A stretch of 64,000 nucleotides of DNA, from the IMG/VR virus record IMGVR_UViG_3300021425_000006; one strand, given 5' to 3'. Made by a program: the position numbers and the translations under genes. Each line of letters starts with the position of its first letter. Position 1 is the stretch's first letter. The notes below the pieces were generated by a model, which saw only the letters and a list, made by a program, of their open reading frames with translations, did no database searches and had not been told where the DNA came from. This document shows positions 54,801 through 61,971 of the stretch, in pieces. Source of the stretch: a virus.

Positions 54801-55067
54801 AAACTTGCTAAACCATATATCTTTGAGCCAAATGATAAGATCACACGTGATCAGATCAAACAAGCGGCTGAAAGTTTATGTTTAGAGTTAGTTGGTTCAA
54901 GAGGACTTTATGACTTCTTAGTTGTATGTGACGAAAGTAACAATACACCTAGCAGAATTGACAGAAACGAGCTTTATTTAGATATAGCAATTGAACCAGT
55001 TAAAGCAGTTGAGTTTATATACATTCCACTGAGATTGAAAAATACTGGTGAGATAGCAGGCTTGTAA
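51804..55067 (+). CDS. gp18: Contractile tail sheath protein
   Basis: SPGVQV.VIDES start; C-terminal YPWFAPAG..RG, RD.LY...INPI, GQKT, LDRINV.RL, FEPND..TR, VVCDESNNTP.RIDRNEL..DIAIEPVKAVEFIY. Confidence 0.95.
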   Translation: MALTSPGVQVSVIDESFYTPAEPGTVPMIFVASAQDKLNGAGTGTAAGTTKANAGKPYLLTSQRDLTETFGDPTFITDSNNNPVHAGELNEYGLQAAYSMLGVSNRAYVVRADIDLNELKASATAPAAAPADGTSWFDTQTSTFGIFEWNSNSATTTGGQTFSNKVPTVITDVTKLVGNSATGNPKTSVGQIGDYVVVATTTVNKLFYKNSSGAWVQVGSAAWKGSHATVKSSSAVASVASGVTMTINSVTVTSSGTALTDVVSDINALSIAGVTAAVVDSQLELYNTGASTANIIIAEGTGLADDVKIPAGTYAIPALTTAPHTSVPEYKSTDTTPRPSGSVWFKTTEPNLGARIRVKQYAVGTGTWTQVAAPIYANNQSALYALDKSGGGANLAAGSLYVQSNVAEEAVNLATFKIFERAASGATVITSSAVAAQLSAQSYAFDIQETLANNGALQTAKTVSFTAVGASGDADTLAGAINSAGFTNIVATVDTANKVSIKHTLGGDFRITDTGGALALIGYAAYVDANSGTPNLYAAPAGDTVNDFVASNWKVLAYTAGEDAPTALTADGTLWYNSIVDEVDLMIHNGTTWVGYLDSTSPFYAATDGDKTDPNGPQVSASEPTLQSDGTALKNGDIWVSTADLENYPLIYKYNGSTLKWVLLDKGDQTTEDGVLFGDARYNTAGSNSATAGEIKDLLSSNFLDADAPDPALYPKGMLLWNTRRSGFNVKKFVRNYVDTSLDNGRFGDESMSSYYTHRWVTESANQDDGSGSFGAKAQRKVVVQAMQAMVNSNDEIRDDESRVFNLMATPGYPELIGEMIALNNDRGLTAFIVGDSPAKLKSDATSLNEWGSNVNLAVEDNDAGLVSRDEYLGVFYPWGFSSDNAGNNVVVPPSHMMLRTLALSDQVSYPWFAPAGTRRGGITNASATGYIDAEGEFVSVALNEGQRDTLYSLSINPITFITGAGLVNFGQKTRARGASSLDRINVSRLVIFLRSQLNKLAKPYIFEPNDKITRDQIKQAAESLCLELVGSRGLYDFLVVCDESNNTPSRIDRNELYLDIAIEPVKAVEFIYIPLRLKNTGEIAGL

Positions 55068-55073
55068 AAATGA

Positions 55074-55079
55074 TAAATA
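55074..55079 (+). promoter_or_regulatory. TAAATA late promoter
   Basis: GATAAATA upstream of SD AGGAG and ATG 55103. Confidence 0.7.
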
Positions 55080-55102
55080 ATATTATAACAGGAGCAAATT
55101 AA

Positions 55103-55741
55103 ATGGCTATTTCATCACTATCAAAAATTACAGTTCCACTAGCAAGTGATAACAGTTCTTCCAACCAAGGACTGTTAATGCCAAAACTTCAATATCGCTT
55201 TAGAGTGAGCTTGGAGAACTTTGGTGTAAGTGCAGGGGAAGTTACAGAGTTAACAAAACAAGTTGTTGATGTTACTAGACCAAACGTTAGCTTCGAAACT
55301 ATGACGATTGACGTTTACAACTCAAGAGTATACCTAGCAGGTAAACATACTTGGGAAGCTATTACATTGAACTTAAGAGACGATGCAACAGGTGCTGTTC
55401 AAAAATTAGTCGGCGAACAACTACAGAAGCAATTCGACTTTATGGAGCAATCAAGTGCTGCAAGCGGAATTGATTATAAGTTCGTAACTAGGATCGAAGT
55501 ACTAGACGGTGGTAACGGTAACTTTGAACCGACTGTGTTAGAAACTTTTGAAGTATATGGTTGTTATTTAGAAAGTGCAAACTATAACACATTAGCATAT
55601 AGTGCTAATGAGCCAGTTACAGTTTCACTAGCTATTAAATACGATAACGCTATACAGACTCAAGGTGCTAGCGGAGGCGGTGTTGGTACTGCTATTGGCA
55701 GATCAGTTGCAGCTATTGCATCTACAACTGGCGTAAGCTAA
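55103..55741 (+). CDS. gp19: Tail tube protein
   Basis: Follows the sheath gene; PKLQYRFRV, RP.V.F, YLAGK.TW..I, L.Y.....V.V...I.YDNA. Confidence 0.85.
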   Translation: MAISSLSKITVPLASDNSSSNQGLLMPKLQYRFRVSLENFGVSAGEVTELTKQVVDVTRPNVSFETMTIDVYNSRVYLAGKHTWEAITLNLRDDATGAVQKLVGEQLQKQFDFMEQSSAASGIDYKFVTRIEVLDGGNGNFEPTVLETFEVYGCYLESANYNTLAYSANEPVTVSLAIKYDNAIQTQGASGGGVGTAIGRSVAAIASTTGVS

Positions 55742-55768
55742 GAGTAATTGTAATTAAAATCTTTGAAG

Positions 55769-55797
55769 AAGGGATCTTTTATAGGTCCCTTTTTTTT
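55769..55797 (+). terminator. Intrinsic terminator
   Basis: AAGGGATCT-tttat-AGGTCCCTT followed by a T tract. Confidence 0.85.
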
Positions 55798-55832
55798 ATC
55801 TACGCATATAATTCACTTGGATAAATATTAGT

Positions 55833-57227
55833 ATGAGCAAGTTTGGCGGATTTCTAGATAATTTAGTAAGTGGGGCTTTAAACCCTAAAGGTGACATGGC
55901 GGACTACCGTCATGCTTCTCGACTATACACAGATGATAACTTTAGGTTAGCACCTAAAACTAAGTTTCTGTATCATGTTTCATTTAATTTAAATGAAGAA
56001 GTAATTAAAAAGGTTCGTCCTAACTTTGATAAAAAGCATGGCTTAGAAGTTAACATGCTAGTCAAAACAGCAGACTTACCAAAGTATAATGTTACAACAG
56101 AAACTAAAAACAAATACAATCGTAAGAAAAATTTACAAGTTAGATTAGACTATGATCCTATTAACATTACATTTCACGATGATAATATGGGTCTTACAAC
56201 ATACCTTTGGGAATCGTATTATAGATATTATTTTGTAGACGGCAACTTAGGAAGTTTAGATGCTGCAGGCAAACCTAATCAAACATCAACAGGGTTTATG
56301 CCACATAACACATATGAAGGCAAAGCACTAAATGCATTTAGATACGGATTTGATAATAATTCGTATGCACCGTTCTTTAATAGTATTCAAATAAGCCAAA
56401 TGGCTAGACATCAATATGTAACATACACATTAGTTAATCCTATTATTAGTAGTTTTCAACATGATACAATGGATCAGTCCGCAGGCGGCGAAACTTCACA
56501 AAATACAATGCAAATATTATATGAATCAGTATTCTATAGTACAGGTGCTGTTGAAGAAGGTAATGCTCCTGTAGGATTTGGTACAGAACATTATGATACA
56601 TCTCCAAGTCCAATTAGTATTGCCGGCGGTGGAGCTGCTAGTCTACTTGGCGCAGGCGGAGTATTAGCCGGCGGAGCAAGTGTGTTTAGTGATCTTAGTA
56701 GCGGTAATGTTGGATTAGGAACATTAATTAAAGCAACGAATACAATTAAAAATGCTAAAAAATTAACTAAAGAAGGTGTACGTAACGAAGGATACAGTGT
56801 ATTAGGTAAATCATTAACAGCGGCAACTGGAGCAAATGTAAGTGGATTAGCAAATTCTAGTTTTCCAAAGAGTGGCGGAACAGGACAAAATAACGCTACA
56901 GAAGCAACACCGTTAGTAACATCTAAACAAAATAAACAACTATCTAATGCAGAAATACAAAATCAATTAGAAGATGTACCAATCTTAAAAGATGCTGTAG
57001 CAAAACAATTAGTTGCTACCGGAGTAGTAGCATCAACAGTAGCAGGGCTTTCAGTGGGTAATGCAGTTGGACTGAGTGTTTATGAAACATTAACAGTTCA
57101 AGAGAAAAATGCAATCAAAGAAGAAGTTGACGAAAAAATTGCTGAGGGAGATCCTAAGGTTCTTTCTGTTAGTAATAAAATAGTATCTTCTTATAGAGAA
57201 TCACAAGGAATATTATCTAATGTCTAG
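55833..57227 (+). CDS. Baseplate/tail tube initiator-like protein (gp48/gp54/tube fold)
   Basis: VK..DLPKY......N.YNRK.......Y.PI.ITFHDD tube-fold signature; Gly/Ala-rich C-terminal half. Confidence 0.65.
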   Translation: MSKFGGFLDNLVSGALNPKGDMADYRHASRLYTDDNFRLAPKTKFLYHVSFNLNEEVIKKVRPNFDKKHGLEVNMLVKTADLPKYNVTTETKNKYNRKKNLQVRLDYDPINITFHDDNMGLTTYLWESYYRYYFVDGNLGSLDAAGKPNQTSTGFMPHNTYEGKALNAFRYGFDNNSYAPFFNSIQISQMARHQYVTYTLVNPIISSFQHDTMDQSAGGETSQNTMQILYESVFYSTGAVEEGNAPVGFGTEHYDTSPSPISIAGGGAASLLGAGGVLAGGASVFSDLSSGNVGLGTLIKATNTIKNAKKLTKEGVRNEGYSVLGKSLTAATGANVSGLANSSFPKSGGTGQNNATEATPLVTSKQNKQLSNAEIQNQLEDVPILKDAVAKQLVATGVVASTVAGLSVGNAVGLSVYETLTVQEKNAIKEEVDEKIAEGDPKVLSVSNKIVSSYRESQGILSNV

Positions 57228-57585
57228 TAACCTACCAGTACAATCAAATGACTCCGCAGACGGAACTAAAAAGTTTTTTGACCAATATTTTACAGAAGCA
57301 ATATCATATCCTAGTAATCAAGTCGATGCTGTTATTGGGTTTTTTGAAAATAAAGGTTTTGAAAAACTAGCGGCTAGAAGTACAGCAACAGTTATATTAC
57401 AACAAGCCAAAATTGATAACGTTAATGTATTTGAAATAATTGATACACTTAAAGGATTAACAAAAATTCAATTAAGCGAAATAGTTGCTGAAATATTAAA
57501 CTATGACCGAAACAAAGTAAGTACACTCGGTTTCAGATCAACGTCAGTTTCGGAAAAGTTAGAACGAAGAAACATTGTAGAGTAA
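57220..57585 (+). CDS. Hypothetical protein
   Basis: ORF overlapping the upstream stop. Confidence 0.7.
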   Translation: MSSNLPVQSNDSADGTKKFFDQYFTEAISYPSNQVDAVIGFFENKGFEKLAARSTATVILQQAKIDNVNVFEIIDTLKGLTKIQLSEIVAEILNYDRNKVSTLGFRSTSVSEKLERRNIVE

Positions 57586-57589
57586 CATT

Positions 57590-58027
57590 ATGGGCCGTTT
57601 TGCACAAGGCAAGTTTACTCCAAAATATCCAGAGAAGTATGTAGGAAACAAAACTCCTACTTATAGAAGTAGTTGGGAATTTGCTTTTATGAAATTCTGC
57701 GATGAGCATTCAAGTGTTGAAAAATGGGCTAGTGAAGCAATTAAAATCCCTTATAGAAATCCACTAACAGGCAAACATACAATATATGTTCCAGACTTTT
57801 TTATAGTGTATACTGGTAGGAAAGGTGGGCAACAAGTTGAACTAATAGAAGTTAAACCCGAAAATCAAACTGTATTTGAAAAATTAGGTCGTAGTCGTCA
57901 TAACCAAGCTGCTTGGATAGTTAATCAAGCAAAATGGGAAGCTGCTAGTAAGTGGTGTAAAGGTAAAGGTATACGTTTTAGAATAATCTCTGAAAAGGAT
58001 ATTTTCCACAGTGGCAAAAGACGATAA
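57590..58027 (+). CDS. gp4: Head completion nuclease (T4 gp4-like, TnsA-type PD-(D/E)xK)
   Basis: GKF.PK.P.KY.G, YRSSWE..FM..CD....V..W.SE...IPY, YVPDF, IEVKP, N.AKW.AA..WC. Confidence 0.88.
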   Translation: MGRFAQGKFTPKYPEKYVGNKTPTYRSSWEFAFMKFCDEHSSVEKWASEAIKIPYRNPLTGKHTIYVPDFFIVYTGRKGGQQVELIEVKPENQTVFEKLGRSRHNQAAWIVNQAKWEAASKWCKGKGIRFRIISEKDIFHSGKRR

Positions 58028-58056
58028 ATAATAGTAGCATATAATGGAAAGATCCA

Positions 58057-58548
58057 ATGACTAAAAAATTAGAAGACTTATTAAATTTGCCAGATTCAAA
58101 AGAAATTATTGATGATGCAAAAAAGCAAAAGGCAAAGACAGCGGTTGTTGAACAACAAGAAACATTCCGTGATATAGCAGAGTTTGATAAAATTGCTAGT
58201 GCATTGCCTGCCGTAAAAGGCTTAGGTGAAAAAGCAGATACTGAATTAAATGATATTGCTGATCGTGCATTAACAGCATACGAAGACTTAATGGATCTTG
58301 GCATGAATGTTGAATCACGCTATAGCGGTCGTGTATTTGAAGTAGCAGGCGGCATGCTTAAGACAGGATTAGATGCCAAAGTAGCAAAACTTAATAATAA
58401 GTTGAAAATGGTTGAATTGCAACTTAAAAAAGAAAAACAAGATAAAGATACCTTAGATACAGGCGATGTAGTTAATGGCGAAGGCTTTGTTGTAACTGAT
58501 AGGAACAGCCTACTAGAACGCCTAAAAGGCATTGATAAGGATAAATAA
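58057..58548 (+). CDS. Putative terminase small subunit (gp16-like)
   Basis: Helical; L.DL......GRVFEVAG.MLKT..D...KL....LQ.K and C-terminal V.DRN.LL..LK resemble T4-like small terminases; near terL; TAAATA at 58025-30. Confidence 0.5.
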   Translation: MTKKLEDLLNLPDSKEIIDDAKKQKAKTAVVEQQETFRDIAEFDKIASALPAVKGLGEKADTELNDIADRALTAYEDLMDLGMNVESRYSGRVFEVAGGMLKTGLDAKVAKLNNKLKMVELQLKKEKQDKDTLDTGDVVNGEGFVVTDRNSLLERLKGIDKDK

Positions 58549-58571
58549 TATATAAGATAGGAAATACTATA

Positions 58572-59132
58572 ATGAAATCTTTTACAGAATTTTTAACAGA
58601 ATCAAAAAAAACATATCCTTTTAAAATAGGAGTAGCAGGTACATTACCTGAAGGCTTTGTAGACTCTATGGAAACAGCATTAAAGAAATATGATGTTGTA
58701 AATATGTCAGCAGGCAAGAAAACTCCAATTCAAGAAAGACCATTAGATTTTCCGCAACTACAAAATACAGAAGTAACATATTTTGAAGTTGAATTAAACT
58801 ATCCAACAACAGTACAAGTATTGCAAGAATACTTAGCAAAGTGTTGTGGCATAGACCAAGGTCATTTTATTGTTCGCAATCCAAACGAGCCACAAGAAGA
58901 ATATCAGCAACCTAAACCAGAAGGCGAATATGAGCCAATGTTAACACAAGAAGATATGGGCGGCCCATCTGCTCAAAATGAAGTTGCAGGTAATAGAGTA
59001 ATGGACTTACTTAAAGAACTTGAAGTTGCACGTAAAGAGCGTGATATGGATCCTACGGAGTCAGCACAAACTGGCGAAATAGTAAAAGACATAGAACAAA
59101 AAGAAAACGCTAAAAGCGTATTAGGGAGTTAA
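58572..59132 (+). CDS. Hypothetical protein with capsid-targeting-like N-terminus
   Basis: MKSFTEFLTE start; TAAATA at 58542-47. Confidence 0.7.
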   Translation: MKSFTEFLTESKKTYPFKIGVAGTLPEGFVDSMETALKKYDVVNMSAGKKTPIQERPLDFPQLQNTEVTYFEVELNYPTTVQVLQEYLAKCCGIDQGHFIVRNPNEPQEEYQQPKPEGEYEPMLTQEDMGGPSAQNEVAGNRVMDLLKELEVARKERDMDPTESAQTGEIVKDIEQKENAKSVLGS

Positions 59133-59135
59133 AAA

Positions 59136-59957
59136 ATGGATTTAAAAGATCTAATTCAAAAAATGGACAACATTGAATCAACTCAAGAGTTGAATGAATC
59201 AGTTGTAAATGAACTGGGATATCCGGAAAATCCAGGTGCCCCTGTAAGTATGAATGTAAGTTTAAATGCAAGCGGCAAAGAACATGTTGCTGACTTGATT
59301 GACATGATGAAAAATGCAGGTATTGGTGACGGTGAAGGTGATTCAGAAGCATCAGGACCAATGCGTGGCGACATGGAAAAATTTAGAAGTATGATTGACG
59401 ACCCACATGATGGGAAAGGTCATGAACACTTTGGTACAGCTAAAGATATTGATGACCCAGAAGAGCCAGGCAAAGATGAAGTGCCAGGTGATGATGATTC
59501 AGAAGAAGGATTCTTAGGTGGTGTAGCAGGTGGTGTAGCAGGCGGAATGCTTGGCGGACCATTAGGAGCATTAACAGGTGCAGCGGCAGGTGATTCGTTA
59601 ACAGATGACGAAGCAACTGAAGGCTGGGACAATGAGCCAGATGAAGAATACAGAGATCACAAACACATGACTAAAGATTTATCCGGCGGCATTAATAGAG
59701 AAAAGCCAAAAGGTGCAATCCGTGCAAAAGATCCAGCAATACATCAAACAGTTGAAACTACTAGTGTAAAAGAGCAGCTTTGGGCAGCATTAAACGAAAA
59801 GATGGCAGCCGAAGGACGTGGACGTGGTAAAAAGAAAAAAGTAATGGCTAGCAGAGGCCGTGGCAAGACTGAAGATATTAAAGAAATGGATTGTCCAGAA
59901 TGTGGCAAACCAGGCAAAAAGAAATTAATGGCATGTGCATCATGCGGTTGTAAGTAA
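59136..59957 (+). CDS. Acidic low-complexity protein with glycine zipper and basic/Cys-rich tail
   Basis: GGVAGGVAGGMLGGPLGALTGAAAG; two GRGRG-type segments; CPECG...CASCGCK. Confidence 0.7.
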   Translation: MDLKDLIQKMDNIESTQELNESVVNELGYPENPGAPVSMNVSLNASGKEHVADLIDMMKNAGIGDGEGDSEASGPMRGDMEKFRSMIDDPHDGKGHEHFGTAKDIDDPEEPGKDEVPGDDDSEEGFLGGVAGGVAGGMLGGPLGALTGAAAGDSLTDDEATEGWDNEPDEEYRDHKHMTKDLSGGINREKPKGAIRAKDPAIHQTVETTSVKEQLWAALNEKMAAEGRGRGKKKKVMASRGRGKTEDIKEMDCPECGKPGKKKLMACASCGCK

Positions 59958-59983
59958 CAACTTTATTAAATTTTAATAAATCC

Positions 59984-60011
59984 AAATAGGCTCTTAGGAG
60001 CCTATTTTTTT
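59984..60011 (+). terminator. Intrinsic terminator
   Basis: AAATAGGCTC-ttag-GAGCCTATTT followed by a T tract. Confidence 0.88.
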
Positions 60012-60025
60012 CTGTAAATACTTTT

Positions 60026-60364
60026 ATGACAGATTGGACCAAGTATTTTGAACACATAAAGCCTGTGTGTCCGTGGAGCGGAGCTGCATGGAAAAAGGGC
60101 GAAATAAAAGTAAGATACTGGAACGATGAAATAGAAGAACTAGATAATAATCAAGCCATCATATATATTTGTAAAGGATATAATCGTAGACGTCTTAAAA
60201 AACTTTGTAAAAAAGTTGACGTAAGCGAGAAATATGAATGGTTATGGAGCGAACCTACACACGGTGATTATGCTTCTCCAGTCCCTATACTAATACAGCA
60301 AGACAAACGCAAACTGTTTGATTTAAGATTCGATACAGGCTACTATGACGATATAATTGGTTAA
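60026..60364 (+). CDS. Hypothetical protein
   Basis: ORF directly after TAAATA; YF..I.PVCPWS motif. Confidence 0.7.
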   Translation: MTDWTKYFEHIKPVCPWSGAAWKKGEIKVRYWNDEIEELDNNQAIIYICKGYNRRRLKKLCKKVDVSEKYEWLWSEPTHGDYASPVPILIQQDKRKLFDLRFDTGYYDDIIG

Positions 60365-60372
60365 ATACTACT

Positions 60373-61953
60373 ATGAGTAAGAGTTTAGATGGTGTCCTCA
60401 CCAAAAAAGCAAATCAAAAAGAAACGTTCAACGAAGAACAGATACAAGATCTGCAGGCATGCATGGACCCTGATGATGGGTATATGTACTTTGCACGGAA
60501 GTTTGCGTACATACAGCATCCTGTACAAGGTAAACTTTTATTCGACCCTTACGAATATCAACTTCGCTTAATGGATTCATATCATAGTTATAGATTTAAT
60601 ATTAATATGATGCCGAGGCAAACAGGTAAAACTACATGTGCGGCAATATACCTAGCATGGTATGCAATGTTTGTACCTGATCAAACTATACTAATTGCTG
60701 CACACAAGTACACAGGTGCTCAAGAGATTATGGCACGTATTCGTTATGTGTATGAAACTTGTCCAGATCATATTAGAGCAGGTGTTACATCATACAACAA
60801 AGGCTCAATTGAATTTGAAAACGGTAGTAGGATTGTAAGCCAAACAACTACTGGAAATACTGGACGTGGTATGTCCATATCATTACTATACTGTGACGAG
60901 TTTGCATTTGTGCAACCTAATATTGCAGAAGAATTTTGGACTTCAATATCACCTACACTAGCAACAGGTGGTCGTGCTATTATTACAAGTACACCAAACA
61001 GTGACGAAGATACATTTGCTACTATCTGGAAACAAGCAGAAGATAAATTTGATTCACACGGTAACGAACAAGACGTAGGCATAAACGGCTTTCATAGTTT
61101 TGTTGCAGAATGGCAAGAACATCCGGATAGAGACGAAGAATGGAAAGAAGCAGAAATTGGACGTATTGGCGAAGAAAAGTTTAGACGTGAATACGGCTGT
61201 GAATTCTTAGTATTTGATGAAACACTTATTAATAGTATATACTTGGCAAACATGGAAGGTCAAAGTCCAATACTAAACATGGGTCAAACACGCTGGTACA
61301 GTAAGCCATCACCAGATTTTACATATGCAGTTGCACTTGATCCTAGCATGGGTACAGGCGGCGACAATGCGGCTATTGAAGTATATGAACTACCAAGTTA
61401 TAAACAAGTAGCAGAATGGCAACACAATCAAACAGCAATACCTGGGCAAATTAGAGTACTTGCTGACATTTGTAAGTACATAGAAACTGAAACAGGAAAT
61501 ACTAATGGCATTTACTGGTCTGTAGAAAATAACGGTATAGGCGAAGCTGCATTATTAGTTATTAACGACTTTGGGGAAGAAAACATACCGGGGTTATTTG
61601 TAAGCGAACCTATGCGTAAAGGTCATGTACGTAAGTTTAGAAAAGGATTTAACACTACACATGGTACAAAGATTACTGCATGTAGTAGGCTAAAAACTAT
61701 GATAGAAGGTGAAAAGATGTTTGTATCTAGTAAACCTCTAATATCAGAACTTAAAAATTATATTGCATCAGGGTCAAGTTATCAAGCAAAACCCGGAGCA
61801 TCAGATGACTTAATAAGTGCAACACTTTTAGCAATTAGAATGATGGCTGTACTAAAAGACTGGGATCCAAGAATATATAACACATTTAACCAAGCAGAAG
61901 ATAATGAAGATTACGAACCGCCAATGCCAATCTTCATTAGCTCAAACTATTAA
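60373..61953 (+). CDS. terL: Terminase large subunit (T4 gp17-like)
   Basis: YEYQ adenine motif, Walker A PRQTGKTT, Walker B LLYCDEFAF, ITSTPN coupling motif, F.REY.CEF, nuclease ALDPSMG.G.D and DDL. Confidence 0.96.
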   Translation: MSKSLDGVLTKKANQKETFNEEQIQDLQACMDPDDGYMYFARKFAYIQHPVQGKLLFDPYEYQLRLMDSYHSYRFNINMMPRQTGKTTCAAIYLAWYAMFVPDQTILIAAHKYTGAQEIMARIRYVYETCPDHIRAGVTSYNKGSIEFENGSRIVSQTTTGNTGRGMSISLLYCDEFAFVQPNIAEEFWTSISPTLATGGRAIITSTPNSDEDTFATIWKQAEDKFDSHGNEQDVGINGFHSFVAEWQEHPDRDEEWKEAEIGRIGEEKFRREYGCEFLVFDETLINSIYLANMEGQSPILNMGQTRWYSKPSPDFTYAVALDPSMGTGGDNAAIEVYELPSYKQVAEWQHNQTAIPGQIRVLADICKYIETETGNTNGIYWSVENNGIGEAALLVINDFGEENIPGLFVSEPMRKGHVRKFRKGFNTTHGTKITACSRLKTMIEGEKMFVSSKPLISELKNYIASGSSYQAKPGASDDLISATLLAIRMMAVLKDWDPRIYNTFNQAEDNEDYEPPMPIFISSNY

Positions 61954-61971
61954 AGAGTTGATAAATACAAT

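Noticed and set aside
59962-59980. AT-only palindrome TTTATTAAATTTTAATAAA
   Set aside because: Expected by chance in AT-rich DNA; the adjacent GC-containing hairpin already explains termination
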